A stretch of DNA of 64,000 nucleotides from a virus (IMGVR_UViG_3300012956_000012:41975-105974); one strand, 5' to 3'. Shown: positions 32,408 to 43,362, counted from the first letter of the stretch. Notes: generated from the sequence alone by a model not told the origin. A program made the numbers and translations.

Positions 32408-32899
32408 TTACTTATTTTTATCTATTAATTTTTTTAATCCAAACCTAGTCTTAAGAAGAACCACTATTGGGCGGGGTAGTAATCCTATTTCTCCTAGATT
32501 TTCTAACATGGATACAAAATATACTGAGTAGAATCCACACATTGCAATAGCCGGTAGCGGGTAAAATACTGCGTATTTTTTAGACATCCACCATGATAAT
32601 CCGAGTACAAGTGATGTAGCTATGTAATATAATGGCATTCTCCACAATTTATAGCTTACAAATCTTTTATTTACCGCTGACTTAACAATACCTGATGCCC
32701 AATCAGCGGCCATTAGTGTCCAAAGAAGGTACACTGCTTGTGGATCATCCCACACATAATTGCTTACAAAAGAAGCTATTGTTCCTACAATTGCTAATGC
32801 TGTGTTAACTATCCAAGCTTTTACACCAAATAGAGAACTGAAAAAATCATTTACATTCTCAAATCCAAGAAACCCTGTTGTTGCATCCCCTAACTTCAT
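32408..32899 (-). CDS. Holin (phage holin family 4-like)
   Basis: Multiple transmembrane segments with ADWASGIVKS and SMLENLGEIG motifs. Confidence 0.7.
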   Translation of the reverse strand: MKLGDATTGFLGFENVNDFFSSLFGVKAWIVNTALAIVGTIASFVSNYVWDDPQAVYLLWTLMAADWASGIVKSAVNKRFVSYKLWRMPLYYIATSLVLGLSWWMSKKYAVFYPLPAIAMCGFYSVYFVSMLENLGEIGLLPRPIVVLLKTRFGLKKLIDKNK

Positions 32900-33123
32900 T
32901 CTTGAATATTTACGTTTTGCTTCTTTTTGTCGTATACCGTCATTCCAGCTAAAGTGGCAGCAAAGCCTAAAAGTCCTATAAATACGTACTCTTTTGTTAC
33001 CACTCCGAAGAAAGGTAGTGAAAATTCATATAGTATTGCAGTTAGAAAAGACGCAAATAATAGTACGGATTTTCTACTCCATTTTCCTCTAGGTGTTTTT
33101 AGAAGGTCGTTTACAATTGACAT
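32896..33123 (-). CDS. Small two-TM membrane protein (lysis-associated?)
   Basis: GKWSRK followed by two hydrophobic helices; coupled to the holin gene. Confidence 0.55.
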   Translation of the reverse strand: MSIVNDLLKTPRGKWSRKSVLLFASFLTAILYEFSLPFFGVVTKEYVFIGLLGFAATLAGMTVYDKKKQNVNIQE

Positions 33124-33140
33124 ATTCTGTTTTTTACAGA

Positions 33141-33169
33141 TAAGCCCCTCACATTAAGTAGGGGGCTTA
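33141..33169. terminator. Hairpin/terminator
   Basis: TAAGCCCCT...GGGGGCTTA inverted repeat in an intergenic gap. Confidence 0.55.
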
Positions 33170-33243
33170 ATTTATTAAATACAAATTTATTCTATTATCT
33201 TCTAATATCAAAAAATGTGCTTTTGAATAATAGATGCTTATCT

Positions 33244-33567
33244 TTACAACTTTTTCTGTGTTGTGATCACTACTGTTCCAGACGAAGAAGTTGTTATTGC
33301 AAAACCTGTAAGTAAATCTCCAGTATTTGCTCCGTAGCTATAAGAACCTTCTGGCACTAATACTCCATCTAATTCCACAGCCCCAGTTGTTATAATTGTA
33401 AATGAATGGTATACATTGTCTGGAATAGTGTAAGGAAGTGCCGGAGCTAATACACCGGTCTCAATTACACTATTTGTGGTTAAGATGGTGTTTAACTTAT
33501 TTACTGCACAACTTACTGATCTAAGTAGGTTTTGATCGTTTGGTGATAATTTTACGTATGATGACAT
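33244..33567 (-). CDS. Small structural (head fibre/decoration-like) protein
   Basis: Beta-rich 107-aa protein downstream of the capsid block. Confidence 0.45.
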   Translation of the reverse strand: MSSYVKLSPNDQNLLRSVSCAVNKLNTILTTNSVIETGVLAPALPYTIPDNVYHSFTIITTGAVELDGVLVPEGSYSYGANTGDLLTGFAITTSSSGTVVITTQKKL

Positions 33568-33581
33568 AATATTGTTGTATG

Positions 33582-33608
33582 AAAAAGGGGAGGTGGTTAG
33601 CCTCCCCT
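33582..33608 (-). terminator. Intrinsic terminator
   Basis: AGGGGAGG-7nt-CCTCCCCT hairpin with a T-run on the minus strand. Confidence 0.7.
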
Positions 33609-33623
33609 ATTGAGTTTATTTTA

Positions 33624-35900
33624 TTAAGCTCCGAAAGCTTTAACTGGATCTACTCCTGCTACTCCTGCTAAGTTGTTTAACAACGTTTCAAGAGCGTAGT
33701 GTTGTCCTACTGGTGCGAAGAACTGGTAGTTTATGTCTTCAGTTGAAATTCCAGCAAATGATTGTGAATGACCAGTGCTGCTAATTTTCAATGTGTACTG
33801 TACATACTGAACCAATTGGTCTTCGATATTTGAAGTCTCACCACGAAGTACTCTTCCAAGGTAATCTTTGTTAGATGTTCCTTTGAAGTACAAGTCTCCT
33901 TCTCTTTCCAAATCTAGCATGTTACCACCTAAGTGTGTTCTAGGAATGAAACGGGAGAAGTATCTTCCAACATCAGCTCCTTTTGGTAATCGGCCGATAC
34001 CTTCACGAATCTCTTCTGGGTATTCTGCAGATGCACGAATCAAAGTAGAAGTTTCTGTAAATCCAACTAGATCACGTAAAGCCTCTTCTCCAACTAAGTG
34101 GAATGTTTTAGCTTTGATACGGATACCGCACTCACAGTTACCGTTGGGTTGAGTTGTATTGTCTACTACTTTAACCCAAGCTTGAATATCAAAATCTCCA
34201 GGAGCTTGTGATACGAAGTAGTCGTTGAAAATTGGGTCACACTCTTCACATACCAAGTTAGTTGTAACTGTAGTGGTATATTTAGTTTGACAAGCTTGAC
34301 GGAAAGGAATCACTGATGATGCACTTACTGTTCCAGCTAAGTTAGTTGTTGCGTTAGTAATAGTTACTGTACCACCTACAACTGCTGTTGGTCCAACTAA
34401 TGTGATTACTGCGCCACTTGATGTTACTGTTACACCTTCGTCAGCTAAGATTGTTGCTGCATGTGACGTTACGAAAGCTGCTGCTGTTACAGTTAAGCTA
34501 GTAGCATATGTAGCTAAGTAATCTGTACCTCCAATGTTAATGTTCGCTGTACCTGAACTACCTGTTAAAGTTACTGTTCTTGTTGAGTTAGCTGATCCTG
34601 CTACTGCGATAGTCAAATTAGGGTAAGCACCTTGCAATTCAGCTAAGCGTGTTTCTCCACAAATTGTGTCGTTTAAGATGATCTCGTAAGTTTCACTAGT
34701 AGCGTTACAAGTCTCACCTGCTGTCCATGCTACTCCAGCTGGTTGTGAATCTGGTTCGCATAATGAAGATACTGTTCCTGCGTAAGCAACTGTAGCTGTA
34801 CCAGAGATAGCATTTGTTGCCATCCAAGTTGTGATCTCAGCATCTGTTAATTTGTTGTCCAATACTAACGTGTAGTATCCAACTCCGTAGTCATTACCAC
34901 TTTTTTCAATTGTAGTAGCTACATATCCAGGTAAGTTATCAACTAGTGCTGATTGATCTGTACCATCGTCTTCCAATGTAACTACGTACAATACTCCAGA
35001 TGGTGAAGCTGTATATCCTGCTGGACATGCTGCACAATCTTTAATGAATGATCCGATAGTTTGTACATGTGAACTTGGTGCACCTACTGTATCTGGTGTC
35101 ATCACTGTGTAAGTAGATGTTGATCCAGAGCGTCCTGTACGTACAACTTTGTAGTCGTAGTTTGCTTGTACTGCTGCTAATGCTGCATCTGTTCCTGTAT
35201 CACACAAACTTAATGTGTAGAATGTATAAGGAATCAATGTAGATGTAACGTCATTGTCACAAGAGAATACTGGTGTGATGTCTACTACTTCGTCTAAACG
35301 TGTACCACCTGTTAATTGTTTTCTACGTAAGCGTTCGATAGCTTCCATAGTGATTGATTTACAATCTACATTTGAACAGTTGTCACAATCTACACAAGTG
35401 TTGAAAGGATCACAGTCTGGAACTTCAACACGAACCACTACGATTTCTGATTCTGTACCTCCACCTAAGTAAGAGATAGGGTCTCCAGAAACTTCAACCG
35501 CGATTTGGAAGTAAGGATCTCCTGTTTTGAATGAGAATCCTGATCCAGGTGTGATTCCATCATAACCAATTACCAACTCATCAACAGATTGTTTTGTATT
35601 TTTTGGTGCGCTAACTTCTAAACCTACTACTTCATTTAATGAAAATGCTTTTGTAGATTTAGGGTGATTTGCATAAGAACGGTTAGCTTGACGTTCTGAA
35701 ACTCCTAAGCGGATTGCAAAATCTTTTTCTTTTTTTGGTTTACCTGCAAAACTAGATACGACCTTAGCTCCTGCTGGAGATGTTTTAGAAAGGTCAACTG
35801 CTGCCAACTGTCCTTTTGCTAACGATAAAGATCCTCCTGATGTCTTAACAGCTCCATTTACAAGATAGAAATATCTATCGAAAGGTTTGTTTAGTCCCAT
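33624..35900 (-). CDS. Major/auxiliary virion structural protein (758 aa)
   Basis: Lies after the MCP and ring genes, has a codon style like the MCP, is Cys-rich with a T/A-rich inserted domain, and is followed by a strong terminator. Confidence 0.6.
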   Translation of the reverse strand: MGLNKPFDRYFYLVNGAVKTSGGSLSLAKGQLAAVDLSKTSPAGAKVVSSFAGKPKKEKDFAIRLGVSERQANRSYANHPKSTKAFSLNEVVGLEVSAPKNTKQSVDELVIGYDGITPGSGFSFKTGDPYFQIAVEVSGDPISYLGGGTESEIVVVRVEVPDCDPFNTCVDCDNCSNVDCKSITMEAIERLRRKQLTGGTRLDEVVDITPVFSCDNDVTSTLIPYTFYTLSLCDTGTDAALAAVQANYDYKVVRTGRSGSTSTYTVMTPDTVGAPSSHVQTIGSFIKDCAACPAGYTASPSGVLYVVTLEDDGTDQSALVDNLPGYVATTIEKSGNDYGVGYYTLVLDNKLTDAEITTWMATNAISGTATVAYAGTVSSLCEPDSQPAGVAWTAGETCNATSETYEIILNDTICGETRLAELQGAYPNLTIAVAGSANSTRTVTLTGSSGTANINIGGTDYLATYATSLTVTAAAFVTSHAATILADEGVTVTSSGAVITLVGPTAVVGGTVTITNATTNLAGTVSASSVIPFRQACQTKYTTTVTTNLVCEECDPIFNDYFVSQAPGDFDIQAWVKVVDNTTQPNGNCECGIRIKAKTFHLVGEEALRDLVGFTETSTLIRASAEYPEEIREGIGRLPKGADVGRYFSRFIPRTHLGGNMLDLEREGDLYFKGTSNKDYLGRVLRGETSNIEDQLVQYVQYTLKISSTGHSQSFAGISTEDINYQFFAPVGQHYALETLLNNLAGVAGVDPVKAFGA

Positions 35901-35925
35901 TTGTTTTTATTGTATATTTATTTGA

Positions 35926-36594
35926 TTATATGTTTGAGAACAATCTGTCGCTATTTAATTGATAGCTTGCTGTGTCTCCTTTGTTTGCTGAGAATTCTTT
36001 TGCCATTGCCTGTAGTATTTTATTAACTACTTTGTCGTCAAAATCAGGATCGATATTTGAAGATGGTTGGTTATTTAGGTTGATATAACCTGCAATGTCT
36101 ACTTTTTTTGGATATTTATAGTAGCTTAAGAATGCCTTGTCAATACTGAAATCTGTCTTGTAGGCTGCTACTTTGTTTTCTGATAGCAGGTAGAAAGTTT
36201 CCCTCCATTCGAAGGAGGGCTTATTACTTTCATCTGCTAATAGTTCTTCTACATCTTCACTTTTAATTTCAAATGTAGAGATTTTTTTGCCGGTGCAATT
36301 CCCTTTTGAAGCTACTAAACTTAAGTTTGCAAACTCAAAGTAGTCTTTAGGAAGAACAAATGTGCTTATTGTGTCTGTCAAAACATCCGGCTGAAGTTGC
36401 TTGTCTAAAATTAATAAGTTAGATATGTTTCTTATCGAATCGTCATTTCTTTTTTCTAACATCCACTGTACGTAGCGAATAGCTGTTGAGTTGAATAAGG
36501 TTACAAATCTAAATTTGTCTACACTTAAATTGTTGTTGGTAGCATTACTGTTTACCATATTAACAAAACTTATGTAGACCTCATTAATTTGCAT
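35926..36594 (-). CDS. Ring/head-tail connector protein
   Basis: LPKDYF and SYYKYPKKV motifs; position matches crAss-like ring genes after the MCP. Confidence 0.6.
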   Translation of the reverse strand: MQINEVYISFVNMVNSNATNNNLSVDKFRFVTLFNSTAIRYVQWMLEKRNDDSIRNISNLLILDKQLQPDVLTDTISTFVLPKDYFEFANLSLVASKGNCTGKKISTFEIKSEDVEELLADESNKPSFEWRETFYLLSENKVAAYKTDFSIDKAFLSYYKYPKKVDIAGYINLNNQPSSNIDPDFDDKVVNKILQAMAKEFSANKGDTASYQLNSDRLFSNI

Positions 36595-37534
36595 CCTCTC
36601 TTAGTATTATTTGATTCTTTATATCTTCTAGTTTTGGATTTTTAGCAATAAAGTCCGCTGCTGATTTCAAATCCTGTCCGATCTCTACTCCATCGTAGGC
36701 GAAAGTTCCGTTTGTCTTTCTAGTTACCGTACTTCCATAAAGTCCGTTTAGCTTTCTGTAGATGATGTATTTCTCTACGTTATCATTACTGATGTCTGAA
36801 ATAGCTTCTACGAACATTCGTAACTTATCTTCTTTAGGTAGGATGTGCTCATCGAATAGTGTCATCAATGCTTCGGAGGAAGACTTATTATCTACTTTAA
36901 TATCTAAGTAGAATAGGATGTCTATAAGTGCACTCTTATTTGCGTCTAAAACTGTTGAGAATTTAGAAATGGCACTGAATTTTGTTTCAGTCCTCTCTTC
37001 TTTCAGTTTTTTAGCTTTTGTTGTGTCTACGATTACGTAGGATGACCCACTAAATTTAGGATCTTTTTCAAATTCTTTTGGTGTAAGTTGGTATGCGTTA
37101 ATAGCCATATACAACTCAAAAGTATCTACTGGATTGTCGGTATTATAAATACGTCCATGCCAGATTTTAAAGTCTTGTAATTTCCACCATGCATCGTTAT
37201 TTGGATCTAAAGTATCATTATCTTTAATACCTTTAACTCGCATGAATGGTTTGGCAACATTTTCAAAGTTAGCTTTTGCTTTCACTTTTGCTTCTGCTGG
37301 GTCTAATGTTGAAAAGCAAGGCGACCAGTCAAAAAATCCTGAATCCCATAAACCCTCTGGAGAACATCTACATTGGAAAGATTCGTCAACACCATCAGGT
37401 AATTTTGTACTACCTTCATTTACAAACCCGGAAGGTGCATTTAAGTCTAGCTTATTTTTAATTGCGTAGGTGTATCCTTTTTTTACTTCAAACCTGTTCA
37501 CATTGAACAGAACATTGTCTTTTTCTTTTGCCAT
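36584..37534 (-). CDS. Conserved capsid-block protein (crAss gene 75-like position)
   Basis: Lies directly after the MCP. The start is reassigned to ATG 37534 because the TTG call is part of a TAATTTTG promoter. Confidence 0.55.
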   Translation of the reverse strand: MAKEKDNVLFNVNRFEVKKGYTYAIKNKLDLNAPSGFVNEGSTKLPDGVDESFQCRCSPEGLWDSGFFDWSPCFSTLDPAEAKVKAKANFENVAKPFMRVKGIKDNDTLDPNNDAWWKLQDFKIWHGRIYNTDNPVDTFELYMAINAYQLTPKEFEKDPKFSGSSYVIVDTTKAKKLKEERTETKFSAISKFSTVLDANKSALIDILFYLDIKVDNKSSSEALMTLFDEHILPKEDKLRMFVEAISDISNDNVEKYIIYRKLNGLYGSTVTRKTNGTFAYDGVEIGQDLKSAADFIAKNPKLEDIKNQIILREDAN

Positions 37535-37555
37535 TACTTCTTTTGGTTTAGTAGA

Positions 37556-37563
37556 CAAAATTA
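37556..37563 (-). promoter_or_regulatory. Bacteroidota-type -7 element (TAATTTTG)
   Basis: Matches TAnnTTTG with an upstream TTTG, just after the MCP terminator. Confidence 0.65.
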
Positions 37564-37606
37564 CTTAAGTTGTCTACATTTCCCAAAAAAGTAGTTTTTT
37601 TAAGTA

Positions 37607-37631
37607 TGGTAGGAGTACTTGACTCCTACCA
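37607..37631 (-). terminator. Terminator after the major capsid gene
   Basis: Perfect 10-bp hairpin TGGTAGGAGT-ACTTG-ACTCCTACCA. Confidence 0.65.
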
Positions 37632-37642
37632 ACTTTTTGGTG

Positions 37643-39346
37643 TTATTTAAGGTCCTGTAATTCGATCATTACAGTAGCTGTTGTATCTAATACTAGTGCT
37701 CCTGATTCATTCAATGCCCAGAATGTTCTACCCATGTATTTCAAAGAAGATTGAATATTCTCATAAGAACCTTCGTTTGCCATACGTCCTTGCTCATAAC
37801 CGTAAGTTACAGCTGGCTCACCTGTGCGTTTAACGTAGTAGATGTTAGCTCTGTTGTTACCTCCATCAACTACTGATGCGTTACGAACTTTGCTTGTTAC
37901 ATTACTATACTCAGATGATCCTGCATTCCAAATTACTAATGAGTAAGATGTGTGAGCTGCCATTTGGTGACCGTATGCTCCTTGGCTGAATCTATCTGCT
38001 AATGGTTGGTAATCTAAAGAAGGGTCGTGCTCAACAATAACTTTACCTACTCCAGGAATGAATACAGATTTGATACGTACTTCTTGCATTTCCAATTCAT
38101 TCAAATTACCTTTGAATACTGGTTGTGGCAATTGAGAATCATTTCCTACCATTCCTACTGGTAAACCGTTCAATTGTTGGATAGCTTCTTCTCTAAAGAT
38201 TTGCATTACATTCATCCAAGCAAAATATCCAGCTTTGAATTTCAAGAATCGTTCTGAAATCGGAACAGTTGAATTTTTATAGATGTACGAAGCAGCTTCG
38301 TGGATATGGTTAATTGTCAAAGATCCTGGTTTAGAATACTTGATAATTTTACCACGTCTCAATTGGTGCCATACACCTTCATTTACACGAAGAACTCCAT
38401 TTGCTGTTGGAACAACTGCAGCTTTAGCAAACAATAAAGAGTGACACTCCATCATTGCTAATTCCATTAATGCTAAGTATTCTAATGTAGTTCCAATTTT
38501 TGCAGTACTTGCATCAAACTGACCATTTCTTAGGCGGCCCATGTAGAACATGTTGTTGTCACCACCCATCGCTTCTAGCTGTGCATTAACATTCTCCATC
38601 ATTGCATCTGTAAATGCATTGAATCCTGGAGCTTTCATTCCTGCAGCTTCACGAGTCATGAATGTTTCAACACCTCGTGGAGATCCTAAGATAAACTCAT
38701 TAGTGATTGATCCAGAAGGATTTTTAGTCATGTTGATTCCGGAGAAGTTTTGTCCAAACTCTGGAATAGCATTTCCAATTTTCATGTACTTAATACCAGC
38801 TTTCAATTTGTCAGCAGGGTAGTAAGCCGTTTTGTCTGTAGTCATCAAGATTACCCAGTGAAGGTAATTTTCTCCTACCATTTGTACGTCGTGGTCAGCC
38901 GATACCATAACTTGCTCGCCATGAGTTGGGTTGTAAGTTAAGATATCTCCTTTTGTAAACTGCTCATTCAAAATCAATTTGAAAACAGTTCCGTCGATAC
39001 CTGGAGCATCTCTTTCTGTTGAAGTGTCCTCAGCAGTCATACAAACATCTTTCATACGTTTAACTGGTAAGTCGTAAGTGATTGTCTGTCCGCGATCTAC
39101 TTCCAATACAGCTGAACCTACAAAAAGGTTCTTCATGAATGGTAAAGATACGTTGTGAGTTGTTTCAAACAATTGGATTAATCCTAAATGCTTTCTATGT
39201 GAAGCTGGACCTTCGTCGCCCATAAGGTAAGTCGCAACTTTTGAAGAGTCCAAAAACCCTTGATTCTTCATTGTTTTAGCAGATGTAAAACCAATGATAG
39301 AATCTCCGTTAATTGAATCTTTAATGTTAAAGATATTTTGTGACAT
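37643..39346 (-). CDS. Major capsid protein
   Basis: Gene order TerL-portal-scaffold-MCP, highly expressed codon style, crAss-like NEGVWHQLRRG and VEHDPSLD segments, and a terminator downstream. Confidence 0.75.
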   Translation of the reverse strand: MSQNIFNIKDSINGDSIIGFTSAKTMKNQGFLDSSKVATYLMGDEGPASHRKHLGLIQLFETTHNVSLPFMKNLFVGSAVLEVDRGQTITYDLPVKRMKDVCMTAEDTSTERDAPGIDGTVFKLILNEQFTKGDILTYNPTHGEQVMVSADHDVQMVGENYLHWVILMTTDKTAYYPADKLKAGIKYMKIGNAIPEFGQNFSGINMTKNPSGSITNEFILGSPRGVETFMTREAAGMKAPGFNAFTDAMMENVNAQLEAMGGDNNMFYMGRLRNGQFDASTAKIGTTLEYLALMELAMMECHSLLFAKAAVVPTANGVLRVNEGVWHQLRRGKIIKYSKPGSLTINHIHEAASYIYKNSTVPISERFLKFKAGYFAWMNVMQIFREEAIQQLNGLPVGMVGNDSQLPQPVFKGNLNELEMQEVRIKSVFIPGVGKVIVEHDPSLDYQPLADRFSQGAYGHQMAAHTSYSLVIWNAGSSEYSNVTSKVRNASVVDGGNNRANIYYVKRTGEPAVTYGYEQGRMANEGSYENIQSSLKYMGRTFWALNESGALVLDTTATVMIELQDLK

Positions 39347-39365
39347 TATATGTGTTTATTGATTA

Positions 39366-40517
39366 CTATAAATTTTCCAAAGGAATTAAGCCTTTCTCTG
39401 GTGGTGTTCTTTTGTTTTCTACAACTTGTGATCCTTTTTTAGCAAGTAGTTTCAATCTTCCAAGTTGGTTGATTTTTTCAGCTGTAATTTTTTTATCTGT
39501 TATTTGAGCCTCATACTCTTTCTCATCTAATAAGAATAGTGTAAGTTTAGCTGCTTTATCCGGGTCTTTCATTGCTTCGCCGTACAGCTTGTCAATTTCA
39601 TACATTCCCTTCTCGTCAATCTTAGTAGCCATTTCAACTACTTTGTTTTTAACAGTGTCTTTCAATTGGAAATTAGATAAGCTCTGTTTTAAACTTGACT
39701 TGTATTTTTTTCGTTCTTCTTGTAAAGCAAGTGCTTTGGCTTGTGCCTTTTGTTTTTCGTTTTCAATAGCTTGGTTCATTAGAGCCTTTAACTCTGTCTC
39801 CGCCTTCTCAGCTACTTCGTCCAGAATACCTTTTGCCTTAACGCCACTCAATTGAATTTCAACTTGATCTGGTGATAATCCTTGAGCAGACAACCTTAAA
39901 GCTACAACTTCCATTTTCCCTTGATCCGTTGTTGTATCAATTTGTGATAGTGGATCGTAGTAAGATTGTTTGACGTTTAATAGTTGACCTAAGTCTCCAC
40001 CATTTTTGTCAACCTCAATCATAGCTTTTGTAATATCAGAGATACCTTCAACTGAAATTTTTCCAGATTGTGCAGCTTCTCTCTCTTGCTCTATTTTTTG
40101 AGCGACTAAAGATTCAAACGTTTCTGAATCCATTTCGATGTCGTCAATTGAAAACTCGACAACCTCTCCTTCAATTTCTTGTTCGATTACTCCTAAGTCT
40201 CCAAAAGTGTTTTTCAAAATAGCTTTGAATCTTTTTGACTCTTCTGACTCTACAGCTGGTTCATCATTGTCATTGCTGTTGTTGTCTGGTGTAATAACTG
40301 GAGGTGTAATCCCTAAATCATCTTTAGGTTGATTGTCTTCCTCGATCTCTTCTTCCTCTTTGGAATTGAATCCTAAATTGTCTTCAACTTTTCCTAAAGG
40401 GATTTGAGCTTTTTTAATTTGCTCGTCAATAGTTTCAATCTTCTCTTCTGTTAAAGGTGCATTTCCTGCTAAAGCTTCTAAAGATATTAGACGAACTTCT
40501 GTTTCTGGTTTACTCAT
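39366..40517 (-). CDS. Scaffold-like acidic protein
   Basis: Acidic disordered N-terminus and coiled-coil C-terminus; lies between portal and MCP. Confidence 0.6.
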   Translation of the reverse strand: MSKPETEVRLISLEALAGNAPLTEEKIETIDEQIKKAQIPLGKVEDNLGFNSKEEEEIEEDNQPKDDLGITPPVITPDNNSNDNDEPAVESEESKRFKAILKNTFGDLGVIEQEIEGEVVEFSIDDIEMDSETFESLVAQKIEQEREAAQSGKISVEGISDITKAMIEVDKNGGDLGQLLNVKQSYYDPLSQIDTTTDQGKMEVVALRLSAQGLSPDQVEIQLSGVKAKGILDEVAEKAETELKALMNQAIENEKQKAQAKALALQEERKKYKSSLKQSLSNFQLKDTVKNKVVEMATKIDEKGMYEIDKLYGEAMKDPDKAAKLTLFLLDEKEYEAQITDKKITAEKINQLGRLKLLAKKGSQVVENKRTPPEKGLIPLENL

Positions 40518-40518
40518 G

Positions 40519-40526
40519 CAAAATTA
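40519..40526 (-). promoter_or_regulatory. Bacteroidota-type -7 element (TAATTTTG)
   Basis: Matches TAnnTTTG with an upstream TTTG, but lies only 1 nt before the ATG. Confidence 0.5.
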
Positions 40527-40605
40527 TATTTGGTTTTTGTATTTGGCAAATAGATTGTAAAACCTACCTACGTTTTCGTTAAAAAGTTGTAAAATATTAT
40601 ATTTT

Positions 40606-43356
40606 CTAATTTTTATTCATAGCTGCTACTCTTTCTGCGGACTTTCTCTTTTCGATACTCTCATTTAGAGCTTTAGCTTTTAAATTCAAGTCTTGAAATT
40701 TGATATTGACATTATCTTCATGCATTTTTTCTTTAAGCTTGAAGTTGTTTGCATCTGCTTCAATCTTACCTTCAATCCTAGCATCATCTTGAGCTTGCTT
40801 AGCTGCTTGTTCAATAGCTTGGAAGCCTTGTGGATCAGATTGCTTATCTGAAGCCCTTCCTAATGCTCCTAATCTAGCTGATTGTATTTTAGCCTCGTTA
40901 TTCATTTGAGCTAAAGTAAACTCGCGTTGATCTTTTCTATCTTCAACCATTTGGATATTCTGAGCTCTCTTATCTTCAAGCTCAAGATTTCTTTGGTGTG
41001 TTAACTGATCTTGCTGCTCTCTAGATTTTCTTTCAAGGTTTGCAATTTCAAGTGCCTCTCTCATTGTATCAGAAGAAAGTAGTTTTGCAAATTCAATAGT
41101 ATCTGATGCCATTGTATTGTTCGACATCATATATTGTTTGAATTGTTCCAGCTCTTTTCTTTTTCTTGAGTCCTCAGACGGTATAACTCCTATTCTTCTT
41201 AAAGGAAGTTTCTCATCAACGTGACTGAGATATGCGATACTTGCATCACTTTTAGTGTAGAATAAAGAAATATCTTTGTTGTTACTTTGCGCATGTTGTG
41301 CTACTGCTAAATGTAAATTCCATGCTCCTTTTTTGTAGAAGGAGAATTCTTCGTATAATTCTGATACTTGAGCGAAGGAAACATCTTGACTTGTTCTGAC
41401 TCCTTCTGCTGTTTCATATTTAGTAGGTTGTCCTACCATTCCTTGGTTAATTCCAATTACTTCCCAAGCCTTTCTCTGATATACATCAGCTAATTGAATC
41501 CTGTTTGCAATTTGGTTTGTATAACTAATATCATACGTACTGAATTGGTTAAACGTGGATGCTGTCTTCTGACCATCTTGTGTGGTAGCTACCGGCATGA
41601 TACCAGTTTCTTTGGCTATGTTTCTAAGATGTATAAATGCTTCTTCTGCGTCACCATATCCTGCATACTCTGCTGGGATCATTTGTACGTCCATTAAGAA
41701 GAACAGACCAATCTCTTTCTCAAGTAAAGAGAATATTTGGTTTAGGCATAAGTTGTACTGAGCTTGATAAGGTGCTATTTTAGCTGCCGGCGATGGTCCA
41801 ATTATTCCTGCGACAGGTAATTGTCTTTGGAAAGGTGTGTCTCCAGGTATCTGGTTTTCCATCTTTCTGCAGTATACATATAAAGGCTCGTTTAAATTAG
41901 GGCTCTGTACTTTTACGCCTTCGTAGGTGTTTTCAGTTAGTACCCACTGTAAGGTGTTCGCTTCAAACTTCTCAACAACATCTACTAATGACTCTTTGAA
42001 GGTCTGCTTGATCTCATTCTCTTTTAAGAAATCTTCTAAAATGTCTTCAGTTACTTCTACTGTCTCTAAACGTCCATACTCATTTTCATAAGTTAGATAT
42101 CCATAATAGTCGTATGCGATGAAGTAAACTTCTGTTACTTGGCAAAGCTCAGTAGAATGCTCATAGTCATTTCTTAGAACTCGTGCAAAGTAGTTATATC
42201 TTCCAACACCATCTCCGTACATTCTAGGTAAGAACCTGTCAGATTTAGAATGTGTCCCGTCCCCGTTTACACCGGTATATTCTCCCATTGGAATCCCAAG
42301 CTCATCTTGTATTCCTAATGCAAAGTTGTAATCAAAGTACCCATCAAAAGGTACTTGAACTGGTTTGTTAAAGTTATTATTTATGGCTGTGTTAATAGAT
42401 CCTTCCATTACTCCACCGCCCATATAAGAGTCCCAACTATTTGATCCTCCTAAAAGTTTTTTCTGCTTGTCAGTCGGAATATGATGTCCATATTCTCTGA
42501 TTACTTCAGATGGTAAGTAAAAATGCAATCTACCTACGTATGATCTGTATTGAACTCTTGGTTCATCAATTTCTTTTGAGAAGAAAGTGTTCTTAGGACT
42601 CCACGTTTTTGGATAATACCTGTCGTATCCTAATTTATATTCTCTGAAACACCTACCAGTTAGTAAATAATCTTTGAATTCCTCCTTCTCCATTCGGCCC
42701 AAGACAAATTGCTCTCTGTCTCGTTCCATGGTTGCTTCACCCCACTGTACACCTAAAGTTTTAAATGATTTTTTGGAATCATTCTCAGTTGACTTTGGTG
42801 TATACTCAGCTTTGAATTGTTCAAGTTGCTGCATGTAGGCTTGCTGCTCTTCTGGTGATTCGAATTGTTTACCTTCTGGGGTAAAGCCATTCTTAACCAT
42901 ATGCATATCAACCTCATTCTTGATTACGTTTTTCAAATAAGTCTGGATTTCCTCATTCTTGTAACGTAGGTATTCACTTTCTGCAACTTCCCCTGTATCT
43001 ACTACGTGGAATTTATCTTGTAGGTCGATGTACTTACCTATTAAGGCATTCATAATTACACCAAGTATATCGTAGTGTTTTAAGAATGTAGGTACTCCGA
43101 CTCCATCCAGTAAGTCTTGAATACCTCTTAGGTGCGGGATCACTTCTGAAAGTTCTTGGAAAGCAATCTGACCATCTACCATACGGTAATAGTCCCAAAA
43201 GGCCATATTCTCTCTGAATTGCTCAAAAGCAATATACTCAAAAGAGTCTAAAACGGCCTTTTTCCATTTATCTTTTTCCTTAACTTTTTTTCTTTCGTGT
43301 AGTGATGGTAAAATACCACTCCTGTGTACGTTATTAAACCAATCAGTTTGATACAT
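40606..43356 (-). CDS. Portal protein
   Basis: KHYDILGVIMNALIG, FKDYLLTG, FNQFSTYD and ETAEGV motifs of crAss-like portals; follows TerL. The start is reassigned to ATG 43356. Confidence 0.85.
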   Translation of the reverse strand: MYQTDWFNNVHRSGILPSLHERKKVKEKDKWKKAVLDSFEYIAFEQFRENMAFWDYYRMVDGQIAFQELSEVIPHLRGIQDLLDGVGVPTFLKHYDILGVIMNALIGKYIDLQDKFHVVDTGEVAESEYLRYKNEEIQTYLKNVIKNEVDMHMVKNGFTPEGKQFESPEEQQAYMQQLEQFKAEYTPKSTENDSKKSFKTLGVQWGEATMERDREQFVLGRMEKEEFKDYLLTGRCFREYKLGYDRYYPKTWSPKNTFFSKEIDEPRVQYRSYVGRLHFYLPSEVIREYGHHIPTDKQKKLLGGSNSWDSYMGGGVMEGSINTAINNNFNKPVQVPFDGYFDYNFALGIQDELGIPMGEYTGVNGDGTHSKSDRFLPRMYGDGVGRYNYFARVLRNDYEHSTELCQVTEVYFIAYDYYGYLTYENEYGRLETVEVTEDILEDFLKENEIKQTFKESLVDVVEKFEANTLQWVLTENTYEGVKVQSPNLNEPLYVYCRKMENQIPGDTPFQRQLPVAGIIGPSPAAKIAPYQAQYNLCLNQIFSLLEKEIGLFFLMDVQMIPAEYAGYGDAEEAFIHLRNIAKETGIMPVATTQDGQKTASTFNQFSTYDISYTNQIANRIQLADVYQRKAWEVIGINQGMVGQPTKYETAEGVRTSQDVSFAQVSELYEEFSFYKKGAWNLHLAVAQHAQSNNKDISLFYTKSDASIAYLSHVDEKLPLRRIGVIPSEDSRKRKELEQFKQYMMSNNTMASDTIEFAKLLSSDTMREALEIANLERKSREQQDQLTHQRNLELEDKRAQNIQMVEDRKDQREFTLAQMNNEAKIQSARLGALGRASDKQSDPQGFQAIEQAAKQAQDDARIEGKIEADANNFKLKEKMHEDNVNIKFQDLNLKAKALNESIEKRKSAERVAAMNKN

Positions 43357-43362
43357 TGTAGA